A DNA stretch of 61,935 bases, filler included, from Sphacelaria rigidula (GCA_964200075.2; 11 parts of 11 records of this genome joined end to end with filler, not necessarily neighbours in it); one strand, 5' to 3'; counted from the whole stretch's first letter, positions 11,900 through 25,021 are shown. The notes: generated by a model not told the origin, from the letters alone. Made by a program: numbers and translations.

Positions 11900-13020
11900 T
11901 CGCAGATAATGGGTGTCTTCAGTAATTCTTCAGTCGTCGTCCGATGTAGGTGGTCCTGTTGTGGATGTCGTAGAATAGGGTCCTAGTGAAGAAGGGAGGG
12001 CAAATAATGCTACAGAAGAAGGAGGGCAACAGTTGCGATGAAGGAGCGTGGTTCAAAGCGGGGCATGGGCGTCGTGGGTGTGGTCGATGTTGCGCTGGAG
12101 ATCGGCCCGACTGCCAGGGTCTTGAATGGTCCTGTCCGATTGAGAGACAATTTTGTCTTCAAAATTGTTTCGATGGCTGCCCTGCTGGTGCCTTGGCGGG
12201 TGGTCGACAAACTGTTGTAGATCCAAACCCAATCACCGACTTTCCAGCTGGGGAGTTTGTGCATGAGGCTGTAGAGAGTAGTGTTAGATCTCTCCAGGCG
12301 CGAGGCGTTGATATCATGTTGTTCGCGCACGAGGGTAAACGCTTTGGCTGTAGTGAATGCGCTAGCTCGTGATTGGATATCTGATCCTGATCCAATCCTT
12401 GGTGGCCACCGAACGTGTGTCGCTCAAACACAGTAATGGGCAGCCGAGGGTAACGTCCAAGATGGAGTTCGTTCGGAGAAAGTTTAGTGGCAGCGTTAAC
12501 CGAGTTGTTGTAGGACAAATGATGTGCGAGAGGTGTAGATCCCAGTCATTTTGGCGGTCATTGACAACCATAGAGAGCATCTAGGCCATGGTGTGATTAA
12601 CTCTTTCGGTACCACCGTTACCATGCGGGTGGTAGGCGCTCGTGTCAATTTCGCGGATGGCCAGGAGCTTGTATCATCAGAGAGATGAAGCAAAATTGCT
12701 GACCATTGTCTGAAAGTAGTCGCTTCGGGCAACCGTAGTGCTTCATCTAGTCGTGGACCAATATGTAGGCCGTTCCGGCGGCAGTGAAATTTGCAGCGGT
12801 TACCGCGTACATGGACGCGTGGCGGCTGAAGCGGTCAGTGAAGAGTAAGATGTAGGTGTTGCCGCGACCTGTGGTCGGTAGAGGGCCAAAGTAGTCAAAG
12901 GACACAAGGTAACGTCGCGCGTTGGGGAGTTCCAAAGAGATGACTGTCCAGTGTACTGTCTGCCGTGAAGTCTTTCAGCGAATCCAGAGGGCGGTGGAAA
13001 TTTCCGGTCCATCCGTGCCA
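11900..13020 (-). mobile_element. Degenerate gypsy integrase fragment (second family)
   Basis: VSFDYFGPLPTTGRGNTYILLFTDRFSR, SAYHPHGNGGTERVN, YNNSVNAATKLSPNEL; frameshifted. Confidence 0.88.
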
Positions 13021-13572
13021 TGACATGGTGTCCATCCGTACTTGTGTAGAGTCAACTCCGGCATGACCCCCGAAGGCGTAGCATGCGCCTCCGTAAAAGT
13101 TTAGCTCGATACTCTAGCTGGGAATGGTGCCAGTTCAGTGGGCACCAGGCTAGCTGCTCAAGCACAATCATTAGTATCGAAGCCATTGAGCTCGATTTAC
13201 TAGGTGGGAGTCAACCCACACACCAATGACCAGGCGTCATGCCCAACGTTCACGTCGGAGACAAGACCCATAAAATGCGTGCAGTGCGGGCTGCAGCACA
13301 ACACATGAAGATCAGGCTTACATTGTGTGAAGGCCAAAGGCTCCTCTGAGATAGCAGTCCGAGATAGTGTTGATGCTTCTTGTATTATTGGCAACCGGCT
13401 GATAGCTGCTACGTGTGAGTTGAGATGAGTTCCCAAAAGACTATGTCCGCGGAGGGGGAGACTGTCGAAATCAAACAGACTCAGAATGGCCCATGACCTG
13501 TCGGGCTAGACAACGCAAGAGTATGACACATGAAATCTACTCGACTGGATCATAACCGATAAATCCGGAACA
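13021..13572 (-). repeat. Candidate 3' LTR of the gypsy element at 14271-16820
   Basis: On the minus strand, purine tract AAAAGGCTGGGGGGA is followed directly by TG at 13572. A CA end near 13021 coincides with the point where the other integrase is cut. Confidence 0.5.
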
Positions 13573-14270
13573 TCCCCCCAGCCTTTTAATAAGGCTAAGC
13601 GAAAGAAATGTGGGAAACGAAGCCTGTGCATCAACACCTGAAAATAAAGAAATGAGAAAAACCTGCGACTAATGTTGCAGGGGAAAACTCGGTATCTAAT
13701 AGATAGGTAAACCCCGTTAGACGGGGGAAGCCCTATCCGTTAGGAAAGGAAAACAATCTCTAGCGCCCTTTCCAATCGACAGAAACCGCAGACAAGTGCG
13801 ATCGCTGTCGTTTTCCCGGGATCTCAGTTAGACTGGAGAACGATTAGCTAATTGGCTTCATCGCCCGTCGACACCCTAGATCAGTTACACTGGATTCCAG
13901 GGTAGTGCGGGGCTTTAACTACATCCAACTTACGTTGGATTCGCTAAAAACAACCTTTCCACGAACTCATCAATAGTTACAAGAGTGCAGCTTTTGTGAA
14001 GTACTTGCCTGTAACTACCGATGTTTTATGCTACGAATAGAGCTCACGCGTCTTGGCTCGTAAATATATTTGCATGTTACAAAATGGGAACCAGACAAGG
14101 CCAAAGAACACAAAGAAAAAGAAGAAACAAAAACAGGCACACTCGCAATTCACACTGAAGGGTACGGTACCAACAATTCTTCTTGCTTATTTTACAACCC
14201 CCTTCCCTGTGCAATGATACCCTGTACCATTTCATATATAACGACTATTCCTAGACATTCCCACTCCAGT

Positions 14271-16820
14271 TCAAAGTAGGGGTCCTTTTTCCCGTGTTAA
14301 GCGATCTAGTTCCTGGCGGGATAGCTCCTCCTAGTCTCCGTCTTCGTATCGTACTCGCCAAAAGCGACTCCCGTAGTCATACACCTGACCCTTGACCTTG
14401 AGACCTCCAAAGTCTTTCCAGAAAGTAACACCTATTGGGAAAAGCTTCAAGGCGTCACTGCGCGACAGGGGAGCGGGGCGCTTCTTGGAGTGCGGGGGCG
14501 GATTGGGTGCAATTGCGGGGTTGTACAGGTGCCAAAGTGCGTGGAAAGCGTCTAGTTCCAGAGAGGAAAAGCTGTTTCGGAGCTGGCTCTCTGGCAGCCA
14601 GGCTGACACCTTCCCTTCCAACGACCTGGCCTTGTATTCCCACTGTTTCGTGCCGGCCACGGAGTAGATCTCTCGGCGGTCCACCAAAGTGACGAACTCC
14701 TGAGTTTGGGGAGGAGTGGTGTTGGATTTTCAATCTGAACCCCATACATATTGAGCGAACTCGTCGGCTATCGAGTGCCTGAGATGCGGTGGGCGAGCAG
14801 GGGAGGGTTTCACGTCGGCGACTGCTACTCTACGTGTACGGCGTTTGCGCCCCTGCATGACTACCTCTACACTGAGGCCAGTCATCAGCACTTCCCTCAC
14901 TCTCCAGGGGCCCGTGTACCTTTCGTGCTGCAGTTTCCTCCCCTTACCATCCCGATGTATCGTGCTGTCTGATTCACGTACCATGACCAGATCTCCTTCT
15001 CTCGCCGCCACTCCGGGAGAAGGTCTCAGGATTGAGGCGTTCATCTTCGCACGAGTCGATGCTTTCGCGGCGTGTCTTTTGTCAAGAGCTAGACGTACCT
15101 CCTTCAGGTTTTGTCTACGTTGCTCCACGAAGGCATCCAGATCGTTACTTGATTCCTTCTCCTGGTTCAGGGGGATGAGCGAATCTAGAGACGTGCGAGG
15201 TTCACGACCGAACAGAAGCTCAAACGGGGACATGTCTGAAGGTAGGGAAACGTCTGGCAAGGTACGCTTGATCCAGAGCGCTGGGGGGACGTACTCGTCC
15301 AATCTCTGGGGCCACGACCTACACAGCTCTGCCAGTATGTCTAGTAGCCATCCTCCCAGCCTCTCGACTGCTCCTTGGCCTCTGGGGTGATCAGAGGGCC
15401 CAAAAGCAATGTCTGCTTTCAGCCACCTGCACAAGTGTGTCACCACCTCAGCTCTAAATTCCTTTCCTCCATCACTGCGGATTTTGCGGGGGACGCCGAA
15501 GGTCAAGCAGAGTTCAGCAAGGATGTGAGCTACACTTTCAGCCTGCTTCGTTTGAAGTGGGAAGCCGAAGGGAAACTTGGAGGCTCGGTCTACGATGAAA
15601 AGAATGTACTTGTTGTTCGTAAGCGATGCAGTGTCTATGCTCAGCAGGTCCATCTCCTACTCTTCCCATGGTTCTACGGCTCGTCCCGGTGTCATTGCGA
15701 TCTTACAGCTATTGAACCTTTTCCTTCTTCTACAGCTGCAAGATAACACGTATAGTCTGGCATCCTTCACAATTGACGGCCAGAAAAAAGCGATCTCGCA
15801 TCAAAGACAGCGTGGCTCCTACTCCGATACGGCCATGTAAGGAGTGTACCAACGCCAAGATGTCAGGTACCATAACCGAGGGGATGGCTAGCAACGGTTT
15901 TTTAGTGCCCTTCGTTAGCCACGCCACACCTTGATCGTCTAGACTGTATTGGTGTGCAACGTCATCGCTTACCCCAATCTTGACATCATTTTCCGTACTG
16001 GGTTCCTCTGGTACCTCGTCGGCACTCGCCACAATCTCGCAGTCTGCATCTCTAGTATTGGGCACCTCCTTCCCCCTCTGCGCCTCGTCTGTACTCACCG
16101 TACTCTCGCAGTCTGCATCGCTCGTATTGGGTGCCTTCTTTCCCCCCTGCGCCTCGTCTGCACTCGTCGTACTCTTGCCCTCCTTGTCACCCTTGCCATT
16201 CGTACAGTGTTCCTTCTCTGCGTCCAGTATCGATCTCACCTGCCCCAGGAACGGGTCCTCCTCCTGTGCGCGTTTCAGCGCGGATGTGTTGGTCAACATC
16301 TTGATCGCCCTCTTGAATGCCGACGTGTCTACTGCAGTTTTCACCGTAGACGAGGGTTTGTCCCCCCCTGCGATGAGCACTTCTTCTACTTCCGGCCTTT
16401 CACTGACCGGGGCAGGGGTGATGGGAGTAGGCTCCCTAGTTGGGGCTTCGATAGGTGTGATACCTACCGACGGCTGAAGGTTCATCTGAACATCTGTGGG
16501 CACGGAATGTATGCGAGTAGCGCCTGGGAACTGCAAGCGTACGGACGGACGGCGAATTCTGGGGGAACGACGGGGTGGTTCGTCTTCTATCGACGCGCAG
16601 TCAGCGAACGGGAGCGATCGCGAGGTGCTTACGTATCTCGTCTCATCTATAATCTTCTCTTCTCCCGTGGAATCAAAAGGTGGCAATTCCGACAACCATT
16701 TTCCGTCTAATTGTGGGCCGCAAGACCTCGCGACTTTCGAGGGTGTGCTGGCGGTAAAATCGTCGGGAAATGAGTCGTCTATGTCATCTCCTGGTCCCTG
16801 TTGATGAGGCAGGCGGGACA
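14271..16820 (-). mobile_element. Gypsy pol 3' part: RNase H end, long linker, integrase, chromo-like and Tudor-like C-terminal modules
   Basis: LSRLP at the contig edge; HHCC-like region; core DLL...VDRASKF...IRSDGGKEF...GQGAVER; YTGPW (GPY/F); then VDRR...WEYKAR...SAWLPESQL and FWKDFGG...GQVYDY...WRVRYEDGD*EEL. Two frameshifts and two in-frame stops. Confidence 0.92.
16015..16176 (-). repeat. In-frame 69-bp tandem repeat (x2.3) in the pol linker
   Basis: STTSADEAQGGKKAPNTSDADCE / STVSTDEAQRGKEVPNTRDADCE / IVASADE. Confidence 0.85.
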
Positions 16821-16920
16821 NNNNNNNNNNNNNNNNNNNNNNNNNNNNNNNNNNNNNNNNNNNNTTAATTAATTAANNNNNNNNNNNNNNNNNNNNNNNN
16901 NNNNNNNNNNNNNNNNNNNN

Positions 16921-17028
16921 GTTGGGCATGGTGTAAGAAAAGATCCCAGATCGCTCTGGGAATCGAACCCCACAACTCAACTCTCAGAAGGTTACGAGGT
17001 TACTAACTGAGCCATCGGGGCGACCGGC
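16921..17028 (-). mobile_element. tRNA-derived SINE, truncated by the contig end; second copy 25740-25860(+)
   Basis: A-box TGGCTCAGTTAG, B-box GGTTCGATTCC, then body CGATCTGG...TTTTCTTACACC.TGCCCAAC shared with the second copy. Confidence 0.8.
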
Positions 17029-17164
17029 CAAGTAAATAAGATAAAATGCCGAAACGAGACGCAGAACGGGCGAGAGCTCAACAACCACACCTCACCAGCT
17101 ATAATACAGTATGCTGGACAATTCCTCATCGTTCAGGTAAAAACACAGCAGCAGTTATTTATTC

Positions 17165-17300
17165 TCTATCGTATCGTGCGTATCGTATCGGACTTATCGT
17201 TACCGTCATTGCCATTGTTCTATCGAACTGTTTTCGACACGATATAACGATAGCGATGACGAGATTTCGATGCGTGTATCGAAACTTTTCACACGATGTA
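17165..17300. repeat. TATCG/CGATA motif-rich tract with inverted polarity
   Basis: TATCG motifs on the left, mostly CGATA/CGATG on the right. Confidence 0.55.
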
Positions 17301-18431
17301 TCCAGCACTACTAGAGCACACATACTACCACGCATACTATTATTATTGCGGCTGAACCGTATACTGCGCTGCTGTGCAACGTACAGTGCAGAGTTGCAGA
17401 GTTGCACGGTTTGGCTAAGCCAGCTATGGTCAATAAGCACTATAAAATGAGGGCTAGATAATTATGAGCTTTGTTCGTAGTCGAGCGCACCGCACCTGCT
17501 AGTAGTAGAGCCCTAGTCTGTTATGATGGCACGAATACTGTGCCGATCGTACCGTGAAGCTCGCGGCGGGACGAGCCTCGCAAACATGTTTCGCCGGCGA
17601 TAAGGTGATCTTATTTACAACCCCCCCCTGAGAAAACAAGACATGGCGGAGTCAAGGAGGTCGACAAAGCGCGCCATCACCCCAAAACTGATCTGTATTT
17701 GTAAAAAACTTACAAAGGTATGCGTACGAGTAGTGTTTTTGATGTAATGCCTCGATAATAGTCGGGATAGGTTACCCGTCGAATCAGCATCATTTTCACT
17801 TGAAAAATGACCGCTAGCTCCAGATGGCTCACCCTGTGCGGGGGTCAAACGATTAAAACCCTCCTCCCCGCCATCGAGGGAGATCTGATTAAACGGTCAG
17901 GTGGGCATGTTTCAGGGCGCGTGGGAAATGGAGCAAGATGCGTAAGTTATGTTGTTTCGTGGTGAACCATCCAGAATTATTGTGTGTCCCTTTCTATTTT
18001 TCGCCTACCTGAGCACACTGTAATCATTACGCGAAGCTCGTTCGAGAAGATATCTGAGCTTCTGCTTGTCCCCTCCCCCGATATCACTCCCTCCCTCCCT
18101 CCAATTAATACAAGTGCTTATTTTATTTGGTAAGTTCGAATTGCCCAAGGGGGGCGAATTAGGAAAAAAGTGATGTTCCCTCCCGAATCGCTCCAGGACG
18201 TCTCGACAAGCCGTGGACTCCACATATAATGACAATCTGAGTAAAACAGCCGACGTTATGCTGGAGGCTGCAGAAACGTCTGCCCTGCGTTATCATGAAC
18301 GACGGACACATTTCATACAAACGTTCAGAGAAGGATACCGCTCGAGCAAAAACATGTTGACAGCTGTCTAGTTGTTGAGCGCCTCCTGTTTAAATGAGAT
18401 CATCTCATGGCACGGCACAAGATACAAGAAA

Positions 18432-18854
18432 CACGTGATTTTACAAATTATTGGGGATTGATTTTTTGGGGGGATGAGAACCCGGAGAATAATAGTCTCC
18501 GTATCCATACCAAATCTCCGAAATATGGTTCCATTTCTTCATTCGCTGGTATCTAGTGACTACTACACGTCTTACAAATTCGGATTTTGATAACCGAAAT
18601 GTTGGGGTCCTGAGTGAAGAACCAATTTTGGCGTCCGATCGGATCACCACGATCCCCCAAAATTGGTTCTTCACCTAGGACCCCAACATTTCGGCTATCG
18701 ATATCCGAATTTGTATGGCGTGTAGTAGTTAAATAGCTACCAGCAAGTGAAGAAATGAGACCATATTTCTAACATTTGGTGCGGATACAATATTTTAGGT
18801 CTCCGGGTTCTCATTCCCAATAAAAAATCCATCCCCATTTGGTAAAATCACGTG
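18432..18854. mobile_element. Foldback (near-palindromic) MITE, ~423 bp
   Basis: Termini CACGTGATTTTAC / GTAAAATCACGTG; ~200-bp imperfect arms around a short spacer near 18635-18655. Confidence 0.85.
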
Positions 18855-18989
18855 TTACGAAGCGCCGTTCAATACAACGAGAGTGCGGTCCGTACAGCAC
18901 ACAAAGTTCGCAATGAGTAGTATATAGTGCAGAGCGTCCCCTGTCGATGAACACCCTCGAAGAGAACACCACAGGAAAAACAAGCCTGC

Positions 18990-19243
18990 GAGCAATGCTA
19001 CGGTAGGGGTGCACTTTTTTCGCGATTTTTTGTCTGATTCAGGGGCTCCAGACGATTCTAGATGCACAAAATTATGGGTCAGGGCATGCCGGTTCGCAAA
19101 TTCATTCGGGATATCCCCAGCACATTAAAGTAATCCTAGTGTACTTGCACATATTTTCATAGGTCGTGTTCTGCACGAGTTGAAGGGCTCCAAATAATTC
19201 TAACCTCAGAAAATATTTGTGCACCCCTACCGTAGCATCACTC
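18990..19243. mobile_element. ~255-bp MITE (Harbinger/Tourist-like), best-preserved copy
   Basis: Perfect inverted ATGCTACGGTAGGGGTGCAC / GTGCACCCCTACCGTAGCAT within 25-bp GAG...CTC termini. Confidence 0.88.
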
Positions 19244-20649
19244 ATGCGCTTCATCACTTACTTGGACTATTATAGTCAACCATCCCCAACGCTTTCAGCT
19301 TTCGAGTCTCTCCTTCAACACGATTCCGTCGTATGAGTAAAAAAAACGATGGCAATACTAGGAGATAGATGGTGGGGGATAAGATATATGTACAAGATTT
19401 CTTATGGAAAGAAGGCAATGAGAGCCCAAATGTTGGAGGTGTCTTCATCAGGAGAAAGAGGGGTGCTACATTCCGAGAGGGGTGCGTGGTCAATGATCAA
19501 ATGACGAAGGCAAGCAAAAAATGAGTACCCCCCCCCCCCCCTCCCCCCCATCTCTTAGCCATCTGTCACATACTATCTGATAGAACGGCGGGAGATTTGC
19601 TGATTTCATCATCTGTGCAGACCTCAGCACATTCCCTCGGAGCCCAGGGTTCGAGAACGTCTATAATACGAACTTTATTTCAAATCCCTTAGGTCATCAA
19701 CCCCCCCTGAGACGGAACTACAGGCACTACAGTAGGTTAATCAATGAGAAATGCGCGAGAGTCAACAGTCCAGTTACACAAAGTTCACGAGTCAGGGACT
19801 GTGATTCACAAAATACAAGGAAGAGTGTCTTAATTGGACATCGTTCCTGCAACCGAAAGAGGAGCTGCTCAGTTACAGCGTCTGGGGTGAGATATCGGCG
19901 TTGAAGTTCAACCGTTGATACTATTCCAAAAAGAGGTTCGACACTCAAGGGGTTCGAGGTACTTTCCCCGCAGACTAAATCTATGAAGAAGTTTAATCTC
20001 ACACTCACCATATCTTGATACATACATGCGGCACGAATAAGGGTCAGCCCACAAAACGCAATCCAGTCGTGTACTGCTCGACTGAAAGCGCTGAGCTTTT
20101 GCAGTGATGGTGCACTGAAATTTGCTCCGAAATCGCTTCAACAGAGGCGCCTTGTTTGTTCTTCAGCGAAACACGTCGGCCGTTACTATCCGGCTGCATG
20201 GCTACATGAGTACTCTCATTCAAAAACTGACGCATATAACGCAACAACTGGGTGCGTATCGACATGATTTGCCTTCCACCCGCAACCCTCCAACCTTCCA
20301 CGTGCGAGCACAGAATCCCCGGTGGCGACGGAGGGTGGTGCCCATCATGCAAAAAAACAATATTGCAAGGTACAGCCAACCACTCGAAGGGATACCGACA
20401 GCATTAATAGAGATGACTCACACAATAAGCACATGTACCCACATGATGACAACATAAAAAAACGTTTATACAGATGATTTGGACTTAGAAAAACAGTATT
20501 ACAGATGACTACAGCATAATAAAGACATTTATACCGATGATTGCAACATAATACTAGCATTTGTAAAGATTGTTCCCGAAATGAACATACACCAATCTGC
20601 ACGGCGCCACTCAATCGACCCAACCAACAAAGCCCGTTGCGTGCCGTGG

Positions 20650-20797
20650 TCAAAAGTTTCCCAACGTCAGTACTTCCACCCCGCCCGAAGCAGCGACCAC
20701 CATAGTACTGGCCATGTCCAAGAATAGACCATGCTCCACAACGCCCACCACCCCCGATATCTCTTTCGCAGCTTGCTCCGGGCTGGCAATGGGTTCG
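20650..20797 (-). CDS. rpiA: Terminal exon of ribose-5-phosphate isomerase A
   Basis: CCCTCAG acceptor, then EPIASPEQAAKEISGVVGVVEHGLFLDMASTMVVAASGGVEVLTLGNF*; GVVEHGLF is the conserved RpiA C-terminal motif. Confidence 0.85.
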
Positions 20798-21403
20798 CTG
20801 AGGGACACGTGAAAGCAACAGACGCGAGCAGGAAACGTTTGTGACAACAACTAAACACAACAAACACAAGATACAGCGTAGATGGATGAATGTCGGCAGG
20901 GCGCGGGAGTGGTCATCATCCGACGCTCGACAGTGAAGTGCGAATAAAACAAGGGAATGGATGATGGACGGTTCCGACTACGGACTCATGTCGAGGTGTG
21001 ATTGATTGGTTGAGCGATTGTCGCACTCAACAAATCTCCAAGGAGTCATGATCCAGCCATGATCATTATCCACATGATGGACGTACCCTAAATAAAACGA
21101 AATGGAAGCACTCGCAGAAGAAAACAGAAGAAGTAGAACAGACAGACTGGATTGAGAAAAAGGCATGATAAAAGAAGGAAAGAACAAAAACAAAACAACG
21201 ACGACTCCCCCCTCCCGGCAGTGTCCGCCTCTGCAACATGGCGCCGGTGGAAAAGGTCTTGAGCAAAAATCGCACTCATACCTAGTCGTGAAAAACAAAC
21301 AGCCGCGAGGACAGATCGCGGCTCATCTGTTTCGACCTCACTATTTTGGGTATGCGAAGCCCTCATGGCACGCACCCCGCGGAAACGAGGCAACCAACTG
21401 CTA

Positions 21404-21982
21404 CGAGCTGCGCCAGCAGTAAATCCCGAATTTGCATGTCACCTCTTAACTTATCAAGTTTACAAAATTAGCCCGACTTGAGTATGTCGGTGTGACCTAC
21501 CAACCTGGTGACGCACGGCACCGTCGCTGAATGAAGAAGAGATGAAAAAAAATATACTACATAATACCGACGAGGAAAAACGGAATCTGTCGGGATTCGA
21601 TCTCCATAACTGGAGTCTCTTGTATCACTTGGATTAAACGGGCGCAGCGGTGTCACACCGAAAGTGTCCTGCTGCGCCCAATTTGAGGTATTTGTGGCCG
21701 AAATTGCACCAGGATCTCCTGCACACAAGTAAGCAGAAGAATCCGAGGGATGCCGACGTATTTCTTCATTTTCACGGAGTTTTAGCAATTTCCCAGTTCT
21801 TGCAGAAACTTCAAATCGCTCTAACTTTCTCTTTTTTTTTTCTTCCTATTTCCGTTGCATCTCCCGGAAGGTTATGCATATTGATGATAAAAATATCGTA
21901 TCAAAATTTCAGCGCCCAACTTCCCGAAATATCCACAGCCGGGCCGGGAAACATTAAAAAAACAGTCAGCTGGCTAAGCTCG
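21404..21982. mobile_element. Tc1/mariner-type MITE, ~580 bp
   Basis: TA|CGAGCTGCGCCAGC ... GCTGGCTAAGCTCG|TA; colinear with 29498-30105. Confidence 0.85.
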
Positions 21983-24900
21983 TACTTGCAAAAATCGGGA
22001 GGTAAGACTGAGAGAGAGACTGAGATGAACAAAAAATAGAGAACAGAGAAGGAGACTAAAGAAGTGATGAAACCCGAAGGACACAGGGGAAATCACACTT
22101 TTGCAACAACAACAAAAAAGGCGGTGGCGGACATGGCGGTGTGAACGGGGAGGGGGGGGGAGCTCACGAGGGTCGGGTGGATTCAAGACCCCCGAAATCC
22201 AACGCGTTTTCTTCACGTGTGCGTTACAATTTTGTGAATGACGACTCGGCGTGCAATACACAGCAATGGAAAACATCAGCGATGACAATGTCACAGGGCA
22301 AGAGAGGGGTAGATCCCTTGAGACCACGGACTCGTTCCGAGTAGGGAGAGAGGTTCAAAGTGTGATTGAAAAAAAAAAAAATGGCAGGGATGCGGTGTGT
22401 ACTCGGCTTGGAATTGCGGCAAAAGAGAGCACAGAGAGCCAGAGCGAGGTTACAGTCACANNNNNNNNNNNNNNNNNNNNNNNNNNNNNNNNNNNNNNNN
22501 NNNNTTAATTAATTAANNNNNNNNNNNNNNNNNNNNNNNNNNNNNNNNNNNNNNNNNNNNGGAAACACGATCTCGATGGTTATTGTGAAGAATTTTGAAC
22601 GTATTAATTGATCTGAATATTTACCATTTCGTCGCTGAAGAGCGGGAAAACTGCTTATATTGGACCAAAAACGGTCAATAACACTCTCCTGATAAACGGG
22701 GTATCAAATCCGTATCGCCCCAGAAACACCAACGTGAGCACTGCAGTTTGAGCGCGGCCTACGCTTTCTCCCTAACTCTACCGGCGCTAGCACTTTCAAC
22801 TAGTAGTGGAGAACGGTACTCCGGAAAAACTCAGAAAAAAGGACAACTACGATTTCTGAAAACTTCTGACGCTGACTACTATATACCCTTTCCAAGCTGT
22901 TTTTACCGGGCGTACTACTGGTACAAGTCATGTAGTCATTTTCCATCCCACGGTTCCGAACCTCATTACCCTTATCAGAACCTCGCGGTTCGAACCTTCC
23001 ATAGACAATGATTGAGTTATGCGGAATTCTCGAACACTGAACACGAGGTGAATCTTTTATACAGTTTGACCTGTGACGGCTGTTTGACGACATTGCCGTA
23101 CCTCGTCTGTCGTCCACAATCAACCAGTGACGTGTTGCCGTTCTCCTCTGCAACAATGTCACTGCCTTCAGAAACAGCTTCCGGAGCCGTCACCACCGCT
23201 GCATCAGAAACGGTAGCACAGCGAACAGCAACAGCAGGCGTCGGTCGACGACCTTTTCGAGAGCTGCCCCGCAGGCCAAGATGCGTGATAGACCCTAACT
23301 CCCCTCTGATGACCGATTTAGCGCACATAACTTACAACCTTACTCCAGTCAACGGTGTGCTCCAGATGCTGCGCCACGATGTGAGTTTGCGCTTGGTTCG
23401 TTAGTTAAGCTGTAATCTAGCATGCGGGTTTGTCGGGGAAATGTAGACTATCTAGCTCGTTTTGTCGTAAGCATGAGCATCTCTAGGGTTTGCTCCACAC
23501 ACCAGACACGTACCTTCACGTTGCAACCTTCAGCACCGTATGTTATGGCTACAGTATCATGTGTGTACTGGATGTCACTGTTGTTGTTTGGCCGGTGCTG
23601 CTTCACACCGGTTTCACGGTGCGGTACCACATAATGGATTTGAGGCCGGTTCGTTCTTGTCTCCAATGCCGTGCACTGTATGTTTTTTGCCACCATGAAC
23701 TGAAAAAGTAGTGTCCCACTATCGGTCTAGTGGTATCTCAGTGTCGTAGTCAGCGCATGGTTGCAAGCAGACGGGCTTGCCTTCCTCACCAGGAGACGCG
23801 TTTTCCGTAGTTTGGCTCCGAAATTCCATGGTTGATAATTCTTTGTTCTTATCAAATCCTGCGGCTAGCCATAGCCCCAACCACAACCCAAGAGGGAGTG
23901 CAGAAAGTGCCGAAGGCGAAGTGTGCGCCGGTGAAGCTTCAATCGGCGCAGCAGGTGCCTAATCGCGCCACAAAAGGGTGCTGCGCACATAGGATAATTG
24001 GTGGGGTCTATGCGAGTTTCTTGTCAAATTTTCGTGGTCAACAGTTGGTCGACCTGGTGGCTGAGTTATGGGTGGTGATGGGGGCCGATTTTTGGCACCA
24101 CGAGTATTTTTGGTGAAATTGCGCCCCGAACGCTAGATGCGAAAGAACTGGACCGTAATCGGGCGAATCATATCAATAAAAAATACACGCGTCACCTCGA
24201 AATGACGACCACGCTCATACAAAATTCACTATTTTTATACTACATTGTACCACGAACCTGCCACCTGTGACTGACGTTTCTGTACACCTGTACCAGGGTC
24301 ACAACATCAGGAGGATCGAAACTGCCGCTCCTGTTGTTATTGTGCCCCTCTTTTAGCAGTATGTTGTTGTGCCGATCGCGCAACGCTCAGATCTCGGCAA
24401 CGAAGCGTGGGATTGGACTGCGGTTTTTCGTGTGCGCTTTCCACGTACCCAAGCTGGGTCACCGAATCACTTTTTTGCGTTTGAGAGTGATACTCTGCCG
24501 CGACAAACCCTAAGTATACCAAAATAAGGTGTTTTCGGCTTAGGGGGGCGCGGGGGGGTTCCGGTCCGCTGTCGCGACTTGAGCAAAATGTATAACCACA
24601 TCAGCTGTTGTGTGTATGCGGGGGGCTGTAAAGTGCCGTGGATCGGCATTCTTTCTGTGTCAAGAACCGCGTGATCTCAAGTACTACAGCTGTCACAGAC
24701 TAAACCAAGGTAATGGGTGATGAAGCGGGTGTTCTGTTCGTGAGGGCCTCGGCACAGGTGCGACCACCTACTGACGTGTTCAGTATTCCTCCGTGTTTTT
24801 CATTCGCTTGTGCCTTTCATGCGCATTTTTCCTTCTACTGACAGGTGAATATTGTGTGCCGATTTATGCGTATGTTCATGAAATATGCGCGACTTGTGCG

Positions 24901-25021
24901 CCTTTTTCGCATCCTTCGTGAGGCGATTCCTGGCGGCACTCGTCATGGAATGTACCTTCCAGCATGGAAGAAATAAAATACTCAGGAAAAGGAAAAGCCC
25001 ACGTCTGATTCGAAATATGCG

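Noticed and set aside
16950..17028. Functional tRNA gene (also at 655, 25740, 29690, 44750, 49740)
   Set aside because: A/B boxes are present but acceptor and anticodon stems are not intact, and most are joined to repeat bodies.
23156..23380. First exon of a gene or transposase (MSLPSETASG...LRHD, GTGAGT donor)
   Set aside because: Plausible structure, but no recognisable motif and no clear next exon.
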